From Escherichia coli (GTDB taxonomy: Bacteria > Pseudomonadota > Gammaproteobacteria > Enterobacterales > Enterobacteriaceae): a stretch of 64,000 nucleotides of DNA. The translations under genes and the position numbers were made by a program. The notes under the pieces are model-generated. The model was not told where the DNA came from, did not search any database, and saw only the letters and a list, made by a program, of their open reading frames with translations. Each line of letters starts with the position of its first letter. Position 1 is the stretch's first letter. Positions 11,451-24,109 of this stretch are shown one piece after another. The stretch lies in NCBI RefSeq assembly GCF_003334815.1, contig NZ_QOWO01000007.1. The stretch is one strand, 5' to 3'.

Positions 11451-12451
11451 ATGCTGTAACTGAAGGAAGAAAAGTCCTCCTTGAAATCGCCGATCTTAAA
11501 GTGCACTTTGAAATCAAAGATGGCAAACAGTGGTTCTGGCAACCGCCGAAAACGCTCAAAGCCGTCGATGGTGTCACTCTTCGCCTGTATGAAGGGGAAA
11601 CATTAGGTGTGGTAGGGGAATCGGGATGCGGTAAGTCCACCTTTGCTCGCGCCATCATCGGTTTGGTCAAGGCGACCGACGGTCATGTTGCCTGGTTAGG
11701 TAAAGAGTTGCTGGGCATGAAACCCGATGAATGGCGTGCCGTTCGCAGTGATATTCAGATGATTTTCCAGGATCCGTTGGCATCGCTAAACCCGCGTATG
11801 ACCATCGGCGAGATCATCGCTGAACCACTGCGTACTTATCATCCGAAAATGTCACGCCAGGAAGTTCGCGAGCGCGTGAAGGCGATGATGCTGAAAGTCG
11901 GGTTATTGCCTAACCTGATTAACCGCTATCCGCATGAGTTCTCTGGTGGGCAGTGCCAGCGTATCGGGATTGCGCGTGCTCTTATTCTTGAACCGAAGCT
12001 GATTATCTGTGATGAGCCGGTGTCGGCGCTGGACGTGTCAATTCAGGCACAGGTGGTCAACCTGCTCCAGCAATTGCAACGTGAGATGGGATTGTCATTA
12101 ATTTTTATCGCTCATGACCTGGCCGTGGTAAAACACATTTCCGATCGTGTGTTGGTGATGTATCTCGGCCATGCGGTAGAACTGGGGACCTATGATGAGG
12201 TCTACCACAATCCACTACATCCTTACACCAGGGCATTGATGTCGGCAGTCCCCATACCTGATCCGGATCTGGAGAAGAACAAAACCATCCAGTTACTGGA
12301 AGGGGAATTACCGTCGCCGATCAACCCGCCTTCCGGTTGTGTTTTCCGTACCCGTTGCCCGATTGCCGGTCCAGAGTGCGCCAAAACACGTCCTGTTCTG
12401 GAGGGGAGTTTCAGACACGCCGTTTCTTGCCTGAAAGTCGATCCGCTTTAA
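11447..12451 (+). CDS. oppF: oligopeptide ABC transporter ATP-binding protein
   Basis: 334 aa; Walker A GESGCGKST; 4-nt overlap with oppD. Confidence 0.93.
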   Translation: MNAVTEGRKVLLEIADLKVHFEIKDGKQWFWQPPKTLKAVDGVTLRLYEGETLGVVGESGCGKSTFARAIIGLVKATDGHVAWLGKELLGMKPDEWRAVRSDIQMIFQDPLASLNPRMTIGEIIAEPLRTYHPKMSRQEVRERVKAMMLKVGLLPNLINRYPHEFSGGQCQRIGIARALILEPKLIICDEPVSALDVSIQAQVVNLLQQLQREMGLSLIFIAHDLAVVKHISDRVLVMYLGHAVELGTYDEVYHNPLHPYTRALMSAVPIPDPDLEKNKTIQLLEGELPSPINPPSGCVFRTRCPIAGPECAKTRPVLEGSFRHAVSCLKVDPL

Positions 12452-12460
12452 AAACAATAA

Positions 12461-12487
12461 GGGCTGACAGTTGTCAGCCCTTTTTCA
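12461..12487. terminator. bidirectional intrinsic terminator between oppF and yciU
   Basis: perfect hairpin gggctgaca-gt-tgtcagccc flanked by A-run upstream and T-run downstream. Confidence 0.7.
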
Positions 12488-12503
12488 CGCTAAAAGCGAT
12501 TAT

Positions 12504-14328
<1,825 letters not shown>

Positions 14329-14470
14329 AGATTAGAAATCCTTTTGAAAGCGCATTGTTATGAGTTTACGCATATGGATTCATCTGGCAAATAAAAACGC
14401 GGGAAAAGCACTGGCCAGCGTCGGGGGTGGGGGTATAATGACCATTCTGTTATTGCATAGAGTAGTTAAC

Positions 14471-14644
14471 ATGAAGCGGAGTAGAACGGAAGTGGGGCGC
14501 TGGCGCATGCAGCGTCAGGCTAGCCGACGTAAATCGCGTTGGCTTGAGGGGCAATCGCGCCGAAATATGCGTATCCACAGCATCAGGAAGTGCATTCTAA
14601 ACAAACAGCGTAACTCGTTATTGTTTGCGATCTACAATATCTAA
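14471..14644 (+). CDS. yciY: small basic protein of unknown function
   Basis: 57-codon ORF MKRSRTEVGRWRMQRQASRR...; matches my recollection of YciY between cls and kch. Confidence 0.55.
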   Translation: MKRSRTEVGRWRMQRQASRRKSRWLEGQSRRNMRIHSIRKCILNKQRNSLLFAIYNI

Positions 14645-14698
14645 ATGTACTGGGCACCATTGCGGTGCCCAATAAGTTTACTCTTCCGTCTTTAAACT

Positions 14699-15952
14699 CT
14701 ATTTTTGCGCCGATTCTTTACTGTCAGCTTTCGTTTCTAGTTCATCGTTATCGCTGAAAATACCATGACCTGAGTTCAACAACATTGAAACGAGCATATC
14801 ATTATTAATCTCTTCACCATTTAAAACTCGCGCCAGAATTTCGCTGCCAAACAGTTGCGGTGAGAGAATGATATCCGGATGTACCATCTTAATCTTATTC
14901 AGGTTTTTGCTATCACTGACGGCGAGAACTGTTTTGACATCACTGCTCATATCTTTTGCCGAGAGTACAACAAACGCGTTATCTGCATCGTTATCACTCA
15001 GCGCCAGAATGGCCCGGCAACGATCGATTCCCGCTTTCTTTAATACAGAACTGTCATTACTGTCACCGGGGATAACATCAGCATTATCGCCTAAGCGTTG
15101 CTCAAGTTGCTTGATATCATCTTCAGGCAAGTTGCTGATAACCGTTACGTTTTGTCCGCGTTGATTCAGTTGCAGGATCGTATTGATGGCGAGAATCGAA
15201 TGTCCGCAAACAATAAAATGATCTTTACGATGCATTGTATGATTGTTTCCTTTTACAAGTTTGTTGAATCCCCCGCGGATAAGCGGACCAAAAATTGAGG
15301 TCATAGATGTGGCAAAAACGGTAATGCCGGAAATAATGACCGAAATAGTGAACAATCGTGCTGATTCAGAAACAGGGACAATATCGCCATAGCCGACGGT
15401 TGACATGGTTTCTATCGAAAAATAGAACGCGGTCATCAAACTTTCTATTCGCGGATTAAAACCTTCGCTTAAATAAAGCGCACCGTAGGTTGAGTAAAAC
15501 AGTAATGTCGTGAAACTAATAAATGCAAAAATTGTCCCGGCTGCGGCGCTACTGTGGGAGAAGTCTTTGCGCAGTATCAGCAAAAACACCAGCGTAAAAA
15601 TGCAAAATCCAATACTAAATTTCAGCCAGGGATAAAAATGCAGGGTGTAAATTAGCGCTATCAACAACAAAATGATACTGATTGCCCATGCGAGCTTTGC
15701 CCGGAACAGTAAGCCAATGGAGTTCAGGACAAGAAAGACGCCGAGCATAAAGAGTGGGGCGTTTGCCAGCAAGGAGAGATCCAACTCTGAAAATGCTTTG
15801 ATATGGAAAATATCAAGCAAATTGACCGACATACCATAGATTGTTTTAAAAATAAGCAATCCATTTAAAAAGACGGCCAGCGCGAGAATGTCGTGCCGAA
15901 GGGTCACCCATAAATTTGTTGCTGTTTGTTTGAATGTAGCCCAGTGACTCAC
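14699..15952 (-). CDS. kch: voltage-gated potassium channel
   Basis: 417 aa from a GTG start (V7 of the 423-codon ORF); K+ selectivity filter TVGYGD and RCK/TrkA-N domain. Confidence 0.9.
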   Translation of the reverse strand: MSHWATFKQTATNLWVTLRHDILALAVFLNGLLIFKTIYGMSVNLLDIFHIKAFSELDLSLLANAPLFMLGVFLVLNSIGLLFRAKLAWAISIILLLIALIYTLHFYPWLKFSIGFCIFTLVFLLILRKDFSHSSAAAGTIFAFISFTTLLFYSTYGALYLSEGFNPRIESLMTAFYFSIETMSTVGYGDIVPVSESARLFTISVIISGITVFATSMTSIFGPLIRGGFNKLVKGNNHTMHRKDHFIVCGHSILAINTILQLNQRGQNVTVISNLPEDDIKQLEQRLGDNADVIPGDSNDSSVLKKAGIDRCRAILALSDNDADNAFVVLSAKDMSSDVKTVLAVSDSKNLNKIKMVHPDIILSPQLFGSEILARVLNGEEINNDMLVSMLLNSGHGIFSDNDELETKADSKESAQK

Positions 15953-16251
15953 TGATACCTCTGTAACCACAATTTTGTTTAATTATCTTAGCGTGCACAT
16001 TTTCTGAACATACATGCAGCGCGTGAATGTGTTAAACAATAGTAGATGACTTTATCCGCAGTAATCAAAGGATTTGAGCGAGCAACTGTACCTCAGGAAA
16101 GGTCATTTTTCCTGAATATGCTCACATCATATAAAGAAATACAGATAAAGTTATTATCTGCTTGTGGTGGTGAATGCACTGACCGGCTATAAGGAAAGGC
16201 CAAACAAGAACACGGTTGCAAAAACCGTGCCCTTAAATATTGAATCTCTAT

Positions 16252-16548
16252 TCAGAACACTTTCTTAAATGGTTTCACTGAAACGTGTTCATAGACTCCT
16301 GCCTCTACGTACGGGTCAGCATCGGCCCAGGCCTGAGCTGCTTCCAGCGATTCAAATTCAGCAATAACGGTTGAGCCAGTAAATCCCGCAGCCCCTGGAT
16401 CGTTACTGTCTACCGCTGGCATTGGACCAGCTGTCAACAAACGACCTTCATCATGCAGTAACTGTAAACGTGCTAAATGTGCCGGACGAACGGAAAGGCG
16501 TTTTTCGAGGCTATCAGCTTTGTCTTGAGCGTAAATAACATACAACAC
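16252..16548 (-). CDS. yciI: YciI-like protein
   Basis: 98 aa from GTG start ([17 protein letters not shown]); recognised as YciI. Confidence 0.8.
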   Translation of the reverse strand: MLYVIYAQDKADSLEKRLSVRPAHLARLQLLHDEGRLLTAGPMPAVDSNDPGAAGFTGSTVIAEFESLEAAQAWADADPYVEAGVYEHVSVKPFKKVF

Positions 16549-16703
16549 GGGCACAACTCCTTGTTCGGGAAAGTTGTAAAGTACGTTATTTGAAAGGGCG
16601 AAGATCTGCAACGGAAAGATGATGTCTTTGTTAAGGCCATGCATAAAGTAAGGGTAATTACGCCAAAAATGACATTTTCACTGATCCTGATCGTCTTGCC
16701 TTA

Positions 16704-16728
16704 TTGAATATGATTGCTATTTGCATTT
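16704..16728 (+). promoter_or_regulatory. Fur box overlapping tonB promoter
   Basis: ttgaatatgattgctatttgcatt about 45-70 nt upstream of tonB start; matches the known iron-box architecture of tonB. Confidence 0.6.
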
Positions 16729-16771
16729 AAAATCGAGACCTGGTTTTTCTACTGAAATGATTATGACTTCA

Positions 16772-17491
16772 ATGACCCTTGATTTACCTCGCCGCTTCCC
16801 CTGGCCGACGTTACTTTCGGTCTGCATTCATGGTGCTGTTGTGGCGGGTCTGCTCTATACCTCGGTACATCAGGTTATTGAACTACCTGCGCCTGCGCAG
16901 CCGATTTCTGTCACGATGGTTACGCCTGCTGATCTCGAACCGCCACAAGCCGTTCAGCCGCCACCGGAGCCGGTGGTAGAGCCAGAACCGGAACCTGAGC
17001 CGATCCCCGAACCGCCAAAAGAAGCACCGGTGGTCATTGAAAAGCCGAAGCCGAAACCTAAGCCAAAACCGAAGCCGGTGAAAAAGGTACAGGAGCAGCC
17101 AAAACGCGATGTCAAACCCGTAGAGTCGCGTCCGGCATCACCGTTTGAAAATACGGCACCGGCACGCCTGACATCAAGTACAGCAACGGCTGCAACCAGC
17201 AAGCCGGTTACCAGTGTGGCTTCAGGACCACGCGCATTAAGCCGTAATCAGCCGCAGTATCCGGCACGAGCACAGGCATTGCGCATTGAAGGGCAGGTTA
17301 AAGTTAAATTTGACGTTACGCCGGATGGTCGCGTGGATAACGTACAAATCCTCTCAGCCAAGCCTGCGAACATGTTTGAGCGTGAGGTGAAAAATGCGAT
17401 GCGCAGATGGCGTTATGAGCCGGGTAAGCCAGGCAGTGGGATTGTGGTGAATATCCTGTTTAAAATTAACGGCACCACCGAAATTCAGTAA
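16772..17491 (+). CDS. tonB: TonB energy transducer
   Basis: 239 aa from MTLDLPRRFPWPTLLSVCIHG; characteristic (EP)n/(KP)n proline-rich spacer. Confidence 0.97.
   Translation: MTLDLPRRFPWPTLLSVCIHGAVVAGLLYTSVHQVIELPAPAQPISVTMVTPADLEPPQAVQPPPEPVVEPEPEPEPIPEPPKEAPVVIEKPKPKPKPKPKPVKKVQEQPKRDVKPVESRPASPFENTAPARLTSSTATAATSKPVTSVASGPRALSRNQPQYPARAQALRIEGQVKVKFDVTPDGRVDNVQILSAKPANMFEREVKNAMRRWRYEPGKPGSGIVVNILFKINGTTEIQ
16960..17090 (+). repeat. coding tandem repeats for the Glu-Pro / Lys-Pro spacer of TonB
   Basis: reiterated gaaccg/gagccg then aagccg/aaaccg codon pairs. Confidence 0.9.
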
Positions 17492-17500
17492 GCAGAAAGT

Positions 17501-17528
17501 CAAAAGCCTCCGACCGGAGGCTTTTGAC
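17501..17528. terminator. bidirectional terminator between tonB and yciA
   Basis: hairpin gcctccg-ac-cggaggc flanked by caaaa and ttttga. Confidence 0.8.
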
Positions 17529-17530
17529 TA

Positions 17531-17929
17531 TTACTCAACAGGTAAGGCGCGAGGTTTTCCTTCAGGATCAACCGCGACATACTTAAATAATGCTTCTGTC
17601 GCTTTATAGCGTTGCCCAATTGGTTCAGACGCTACTTTTTTCACCCACACTTCAATATTAATGCTGACCGATGTCGTCCCTTTCTGGACACAGCGTGCAT
17701 AGCAGCACACCACATCGCCGACCGCAACCGGCCGTAAGAAAGTCATTCCTTCAACCCGCACAGTCACTACGCGACCGTGGGCAATTTCTTTTGCCAGAAT
17801 AGCGCCGCCAATATCCATTTGTGACATTAACCAACCACCAAAGATGTCACCATTGGCATTGGTATCGGCGGGCATGGCTAAAGTACGTAAAACAAGATCG
17901 CCCTGAGGGACGTTATGTGTTGTAGACAT
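17531..17929 (-). CDS. yciA: acyl-CoA thioesterase
   Basis: 132-aa ORF; recognised as YciA hot-dog thioesterase. Confidence 0.9.
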   Translation of the reverse strand: MSTTHNVPQGDLVLRTLAMPADTNANGDIFGGWLMSQMDIGGAILAKEIAHGRVVTVRVEGMTFLRPVAVGDVVCCYARCVQKGTTSVSINIEVWVKKVASEPIGQRYKATEALFKYVAVDPEGKPRALPVE

Positions 17930-18033
17930 GGTAAAACCGACTTAAAAGGAAAATCACAGGCGCGATGCTACTATGATTTTCCTGAGGAGAACAGAGGAGA
18001 TACAGCGCCAGCCCCGAAGGACTGGCAGTCTGG

Positions 18034-18573
18034 TTAGGATTTATCTTCCTGCGGCATGTGGCGGTAGATATAGATACCGCTTAACAATGTGAAGATTAAG
18101 GTAAGGGCGGTCAGGCCAAAGACTTTAAAGTTGACCCAAATATTTTGCGGCAGCCAGAATGCGATGTAGATGTTTGCCAGACCGCAAAGGATAAAGAAAA
18201 CAGCCCAGGCCAGATTCAGCTTCGACCATACCGGTTGCGGCAGCGTGAGTTCTTTACCCAGCATCCGCTGAATTAGCGGCTTTTTCATCACCCATTGGCT
18301 GACTAACAGGGCTCCCGCAAATAGAGCATAAATGACTGTAACCTTCCATTTAATAAACTCATCATTGTGGAAGAACAGCGTCAAGCCACCGAAGACGACC
18401 ACCAGAACAAAAGTGATCAGGGCCATCTTCTCAACCTTACGAAAGCGAACCCAGCTATAGATAAGCACAATCGCCGTGGCGACGATCAGCGCCGCAGTAG
18501 CCGCATAGATGTCATAAATCTTGTAAAACGCGAAAAAGACAACCAGCGGTAAAAAATCAAGAAACTGCTTCAT
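18034..18573 (-). CDS. yciB: inner membrane septation/envelope protein
   Basis: 179-aa polytopic ORF; recognised as YciB. Confidence 0.9.
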   Translation of the reverse strand: MKQFLDFLPLVVFFAFYKIYDIYAATAALIVATAIVLIYSWVRFRKVEKMALITFVLVVVFGGLTLFFHNDEFIKWKVTVIYALFAGALLVSQWVMKKPLIQRMLGKELTLPQPVWSKLNLAWAVFFILCGLANIYIAFWLPQNIWVNFKVFGLTALTLIFTLLSGIYIYRHMPQEDKS

Positions 18574-18602
18574 TTTACGATTCCGTAATCAAATGCTTAA
18601 GG

Positions 18603-19346
18603 TTATTGGCGAATCAACATATACAGGCGGAACAGATAGATGAGCAATATGGCTGAAATCAGGTTGCTCAAGGTGTTCGCCAGTACGGCACCAATTTCCG
18701 GGGTTAATGCGGCAAAAGAAGAGGCAAAAAGCAGCAACAGTGTTTTTGCCAGCAACCAGCTCAGTACTGCGGGTGCCACCAGACGCATATTCGCCCAAGT
18801 CAGCCGCATACTGCTACGCATCGAGGCAAAAACGCCCATTTTGTCCTGTACCAACATCACCGGTGCCAGGGCCAGTAAAATGGCCATGATAATTCCCGGA
18901 ACGACCACCAGCATGATGCCAATCTGTACTAAAAGGGTAGTCAGAAAAATCAGAATAAATAACTTTGGCAATATCGGCGCACTGGCACCAATAGCTCGCA
19001 GCGCACTGACTCTCTGACCCGCAGACACCAGCTGGATAATTAATATTACGCCTCCGGCGAGAATGGCGTTACCGATTAATCCTGAAAAAGTGGACGCTGC
19101 TGAAGCCTGCAGCAAAATTTGTTGCTGTTCCGGTGACATATTCTGAACCAGGTCGAACAACCCACTACTGCCGCTAACGGGCACGCCGTCATTGAGCTGC
19201 GCAAGCTGTGCATCACTGGGTGAGAAAACATGCCCTAACACCACTGTGATAAACGCACATAGCAACGATACCAACAGAATGGTCATAAATTGATTACGGA
19301 AGAAATTTCCGGTGTCACGGTATACGGACTGCGCCGTGATAGACAT
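18603..19346 (-). CDS. yciC: UPF0259 inner membrane protein
   Basis: 247-aa polytopic ORF; recognised as YciC. Confidence 0.88.
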
Positions 19347-19540
19347 GCACTCTCCTTGAGTTTTATGCAGGTGTTAATTAGCGGGCAATTGTACCCTGGT
19401 TAAGCCTCGGGTGGCAGCATCAGGTCTTGTATGGAAAAGCATATCTTTGTAAAGCGGAGGTAATTGCTGGCCTTCAGGCATGGGCAAATCGCGGCAAGTG
19501 GCGACCGAGTTAATATTTGCGTAGCGAAAATATTTAAAAA

Positions 19541-19554
19541 TTGATTTAAATCAC
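19541..19554 (+). promoter_or_regulatory. candidate FNR site upstream of ompW
   Basis: TTGATttaaATCAc matches the FNR half-site spacing; about 150 nt upstream of ompW start; ompW is known to be FNR-regulated. Confidence 0.4.
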
Positions 19555-19702
19555 ATTAACCAGGATTCTCAATGCAACTTCTAAATTAATCCAGATCAAT
19601 AAAGGGTGAATTATCATATGTAATGTGATCTATGTAGGATCATTTGTTACTCCAATGTAGGTATATTCGTCACGTTTTTATAACCATAACGACGGAGCGG
19701 AT

Positions 19703-20341
19703 ATGAAAAAGTTAACAGTGGCGGCTTTGGCAGTAACAACTCTTCTCTCTGGCAGTGCCTTTGCGCATGAAGCAGGCGAATTTTTTATGCGTGCAGGTTC
19801 TGCAACCGTACGTCCAACAGAAGGTGCTGGTGGTACGTTAGGAAGTCTGGGTGGATTCAGCGTGACCAATAACACGCAACTGGGCCTTACGTTTACTTAT
19901 ATGGCGACCGACAACATTGGTGTGGAATTACTGGCAGCGACGCCGTTCCGCCATAAAATCGGCACCCGGGCGACCGGCGATATTGCAACCGTTCATCATC
20001 TGCCACCAACACTGATGGCGCAGTGGTATTTTGGTGATGCCAGCAGCAAATTCCGTCCTTACGTTGGGGCAGGTATTAACTACACCACCTTCTTTGATAA
20101 TGGATTTAACGATCATGGCAAAGAGGCAGGGCTTTCCGATCTCAGTCTGAAAGATTCCTGGGGAGCTGCCGGGCAGGTGGGGGTTGATTATCTGATTAAC
20201 CGTGACTGGTTGGTTAACATGTCAGTGTGGTACATGGATATCGATACCACCGCCAATTATAAGCTGGGCGGTGCACAGCAACACGATAGCGTACGCCTCG
20301 ATCCGTGGGTGTTTATGTTCTCAGCAGGATATCGTTTTTAA
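19703..20341 (+). CDS. ompW: outer membrane protein W
   Basis: 212 aa, signal peptide MKKLTVAALAVTTLLSGSAFA, beta-barrel ending GYRF. Confidence 0.95.
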   Translation: MKKLTVAALAVTTLLSGSAFAHEAGEFFMRAGSATVRPTEGAGGTLGSLGGFSVTNNTQLGLTFTYMATDNIGVELLAATPFRHKIGTRATGDIATVHHLPPTLMAQWYFGDASSKFRPYVGAGINYTTFFDNGFNDHGKEAGLSDLSLKDSWGAAGQVGVDYLINRDWLVNMSVWYMDIDTTANYKLGGAQQHDSVRLDPWVFMFSAGYRF

Positions 20342-20352
20342 TTCCGCACAAA

Positions 20353-20378
20353 AACGACCCCGTAATATACGGGGTCAA
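20353..20378. terminator. hairpin terminator between ompW and yciE
   Basis: gaccccgta-tatta-cggggtc; T-run on the minus-strand side. Confidence 0.55.
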
Positions 20379-20400
20379 TAAGGACATGGTATAAAGGGTA

Positions 20401-20907
20401 TTATTTCTTCGCTTCTACGCCATCAGTTTCAGAGCGAATTAAAAATTTCTCAGTTGTTTGCGGAATATTCTGAATCAGCCAGTCGGCCATTTGCTTTTCC
20501 TCATTTAAAATCGCTTCGATGGTTGGAATTGAAGCTGTATCACCGGCATTTTTTGCTGCTGCTAATAGTGAGGTGTAACAGGCGATTTCAAATTGCTCGA
20601 AGACATATCCGCTAATAGAGCCTTTGACTATTTCATCAGAAGGGAATATACCACCGATTGACTGCCCAAGCGCAGCCATTTTACTCATGGAATCTTTAAT
20701 GACTGAACGTGAAATGTCATTACGATCAAGAATAGTTTCCAGTTGAACAATCTGGTTTTTGGTTTCACTAAGATGTTGTTCAATACGAGCGCGTAGTTCA
20801 GGATAATTATCTATACGGCTGGCCATGGATTCAAGCATAGATTCGGCTTGCTTTTCCATTGCGTGGGCGTCACGTAACCAGTCATGATAATGTTCAATAC
20901 GATTCAT
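20401..20907 (-). CDS. yciE: ferritin-like DUF892 stress protein
   Basis: 168-aa ORF; paralogous to the adjacent yciF. Confidence 0.88.
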   Translation of the reverse strand: MNRIEHYHDWLRDAHAMEKQAESMLESMASRIDNYPELRARIEQHLSETKNQIVQLETILDRNDISRSVIKDSMSKMAALGQSIGGIFPSDEIVKGSISGYVFEQFEIACYTSLLAAAKNAGDTASIPTIEAILNEEKQMADWLIQNIPQTTEKFLIRSETDGVEAKK

Positions 20908-20952
20908 GAAAATGTCCTCTTTATAAAATGACTAAAAGTTAAAATTCATATT

Positions 20953-21453
20953 TCAGGCTTTATTTTCGGCTTTCTTATTTACGTTATTAATGGCCAGATC
21001 AGTCAGTTTGATGTCGGTGGCCTTTTCTTCTTCCAGGGTTTCTTTCAGAAGCTTCGCTGCTTTACGGTAACCTAATTGTTCAGCCAGCGTCGCTAATGTC
21101 CCGTAACTGGCAATCTCATAATGCTCGACTTTCTGTGCTGCGGCAATCAGTGCGGCATCACGCACTTCGTTTTTCTCGGTACTTTCGATGACCTCATTAG
21201 CTTCTTCAATAAGACCTTCCATTGCCACACATTTCATGCGCTTAATTTTCAGGTTCGATTCGGACTCCACAACTTGATCAATACGTTCAATCTGTCCATG
21301 AGTTTCCTCGAGGTGCGCATGAAAAGCCTGACTTAATTTTTCATTTGATGTTGCTCTTGCGAGTTTTGCCAGTGCCCGGGTTAATTGTTTTTCTGCGCTG
21401 TAGGTATCTGAAAGCAGGTGAATAAATACATCTTCAATGGTCTTCATATTCAT
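20953..21453 (-). CDS. yciF: ferritin-like DUF892 stress protein
   Basis: 166 aa from MNMKTIEDVFIHLLSDTYSAEKQ. Confidence 0.88.
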   Translation of the reverse strand: MNMKTIEDVFIHLLSDTYSAEKQLTRALAKLARATSNEKLSQAFHAHLEETHGQIERIDQVVESESNLKIKRMKCVAMEGLIEEANEVIESTEKNEVRDAALIAAAQKVEHYEIASYGTLATLAEQLGYRKAAKLLKETLEEEKATDIKLTDLAINNVNKKAENKA

Positions 21454-21538
21454 ATTTTTCTCCAGTGAAATCACTGCGAGCCATACGGCCCGCAGATGCA
21501 ATTATCTTTATCAGCTGATATTAATAATTAACGGTGAA

Positions 21539-21718
21539 TCAGGATTTGCCTGATTTATTACCACCGCTTTGTTGACCGCCTTTTTTACCCGCTTCAGATG
21601 CGCGTTGCGGATCATTTTTAAAATTACCGCCGCTATGCTGACCGCCTTTACGGCCTGCGTCGGATGCCTTCTCACGGTCTTCGGCGAAATTTCCTGAACC
21701 ACCACGATGTTCGGCCAT
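21539..21718 (-). CDS. yciG: KGG-repeat stress protein
   Basis: 59 aa from MAEHRGGSGNFAEDREKASDAGRKGGQ; two internal repeats ending ...KGGQxSGG. Confidence 0.8.
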   Translation of the reverse strand: MAEHRGGSGNFAEDREKASDAGRKGGQHSGGNFKNDPQRASEAGKKGGQQSGGNKSGKS

Positions 21719-22065
21719 GTTATTTCTCCCGTTGCGTTGCATTGTTTCATTAATATGAGTGTTGTGTGTCGACACTCATTAAAATTAGTCGCTAATGAGA
21801 ATTAGTCAAATTAAGCGCAACGAGAAGATAGAGGGAAAATATATTTTGAGGAACATTCTGGATATATTAACAATTACCTGAGGAATAAGTGACTTAGAGA
21901 AAATTATTGATTTTACTGGTGTTATGTTGCGGGATTAATTTGTTTGATTATATTACTGTTGGGCGGAAAAATGACGTAAGTTGACGTTCGACCGGGGTAA
22001 GCGAAACGGTAAAAAGATAAATATTAAATGAATTTAGGATTTTTCCGGCTTCATTAAAGAAAGTT

Positions 22066-22092
22066 AAAATGCCGCCAGCGGAACTGGCGGCT
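22066..22092 (-). terminator. trp operon terminator (trp t)
   Basis: gccgccag-cggaa-ctggcggc hairpin with T-run on minus strand, a few nt past the trpA stop; matches textbook trp t. Confidence 0.85.
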
Positions 22093-22098
22093 GTGGGA

Positions 22099-22905
22099 TT
22101 AACTGCGCGTCGCCGCTTTCATCGGTTGTACAAAAACTTTCAGTGCCGCCAGCATTTTCTCTGGCTCATTAATATGTTGCTCGATGATTTTAACAATGGC
22201 CGAACCAGAAATCGCGCCCGCAGCTCCTGCATCAATCGCTGCTTTTACCTGATCCGGGGCGGAAATACCAAATCCCTGCAATGGAGGTGCAGCGTTGTAC
22301 TCTTTCAGCTTCGCAACCAGATGATTGAGGGGTAACGCGGCGCGGTTTTCTGCGCCGGTCACGCCTGCTCGTGACAGCAAATAGGTGTAACCACGACCGT
22401 AAGAGGCTATCTGGCGCAGCAGGTCGTCATCGGCATTTGGCGGGCAGATGAAGATAGGTGCGACGTTATGACGCAACGCGGCCTGGCGGAAGGGCGCGGA
22501 CTCTTCAACTGGCACATCGGCAACCAGCACCGAATCGACGCCGACTTTTTCGCACTGGGCATAAAACTCATCAATGCCTTTGTTAAACACCAGATTGGCA
22601 TACATCAACAGGCCAATGGGAATGGTCGGGTGTTTCTGGCGAATCAGTGCCAGCATTTCAAAACATTGTGCCGGAGTCACACCTGCCGCAAAGGCGCGCA
22701 GAGTGGCGTTTTGAATCGTCGGGCCATCCGCCAGTGGGTCGGAGAAGGGGATACCTAACTCCAGCGCGTCAGCACCGGCTTCAATTAGCGTATCGATAAT
22801 TTTCAATGACTGCTCAATGCCCGGATCACCGAGCGTGACGAAAGGAACGAATGCGCCTTCTTTGCGCTCCTTCAACTGGGCAAACAGAGATTCGTAGCGT
22901 TCCAT
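22099..22905 (-). CDS. trpA: tryptophan synthase alpha subunit
   Basis: 268 aa [28 protein letters not shown]. Confidence 0.98.
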
Positions 22906-24098
22906 CAGATTTCCCCTCGTGCTTTCAAAATATCGTGAACGGTGAAGATGTCTTTATCGCCGCGACCGGAAAGGTTAACCACCAGTAGCTGCTCTTTATC
23001 CGGGTTTTCGCGCATCATTTTCAACGCATGGGCCAGGGCGTGGGAGGATTCCAGCGCCGGGATGATCCCTTCGTGCAGGCACAGCGTTTTGAAGGCTTCA
23101 AGGGCTTCATCATCGGTAATAGACACGTAATCAGCGCGTCCAGTGCTGTTAAGATACGCGTGTTGTGGGCCGACAGACGGGAAATCCAGTCCGGCGGAGA
23201 TGGAGTAAGATTCTTCAATCTGCCCGTCTTCGGTTTGCATCATCGGCGCTTTCATACCGAAATAGATACCCACGCGACCATGTTTTAGCGGTGCGCCGTG
23301 CTCGCCAGTTTCGATACCGTGACCACCTGGCTCCACACCAATCAGGCCGACGTTGGTTTCATTGATGAAATCAGCAAACATGCCGATGGCATTCGAACCG
23401 CCGCCAACACAGGCGATAACGGCATCCGGCAGGCGACCTTCTCTTTCCAGAATCTGCGCTTTGGTTTCTTCGCCAATCATCCGCTGAAACTCACGCACAA
23501 TGGTCGGATAAGGATGCGGGCCAGCTGCGGTGCCCAGCATATAGTGCGCGGTTTCGTAACTACCGGACCAGTCGCGCAGCGCCTCGTTACAGGCATCTTT
23601 CAGCGTCGCGGAACCGCTATGCACCGGGATCACTTCCGCACCCATTAAGCGCATACGAAAAACGTTAGGCGACTGGCGTTCAACGTCTTTGGCACCCATA
23701 TAAATACGGCATTTCAGGCCGAGCAGGGCGCTGGCAAGGGCCGACGCCACGCCATGCTGACCGGCACCGGTTTCGGCGATGATTTCGGTTTTACCCATCC
23801 GCTTCGCCAGCAACGCCTGCCCCAGCACCTGGTTAGTTTTATGCGCGCCGCCGTGCAGCAAATCTTCACGCTTGAGATACAGCGTGGTGTTCGTCCCGGC
23901 TGTAATGTTCTGGCATTTGGTCAGCGCGGTTGGACGCCCGGCATAGTTTTTCAGCAGGTCGTTGAACTGAGCCTGAAATTCAGGATCTTTTTGCGCACTG
24001 ACAAAAGCTTCTTCCAGCTGGCGCAGAGCAGGCATCAGGATTTGTGGCACGTACATGCCGCCAAACTCACCAAAATAGGGGTTAAGTAATGTTGTCAT
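22905..24098 (-). CDS. trpB: tryptophan synthase beta subunit
   Basis: 397 aa [21 protein letters not shown]; 1-nt overlap with trpA. Confidence 0.98.
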
Positions 24099-24109
24099 TG
24101 TTCCTTTCC

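Noticed and set aside
16954-17202. 82-codon Gly/Ser-rich ORF on the minus strand
   Set aside because: It is the mirror image of the proline-rich repeat of tonB (GGN antisense to NCC codons); an artefact of the coding repeat.
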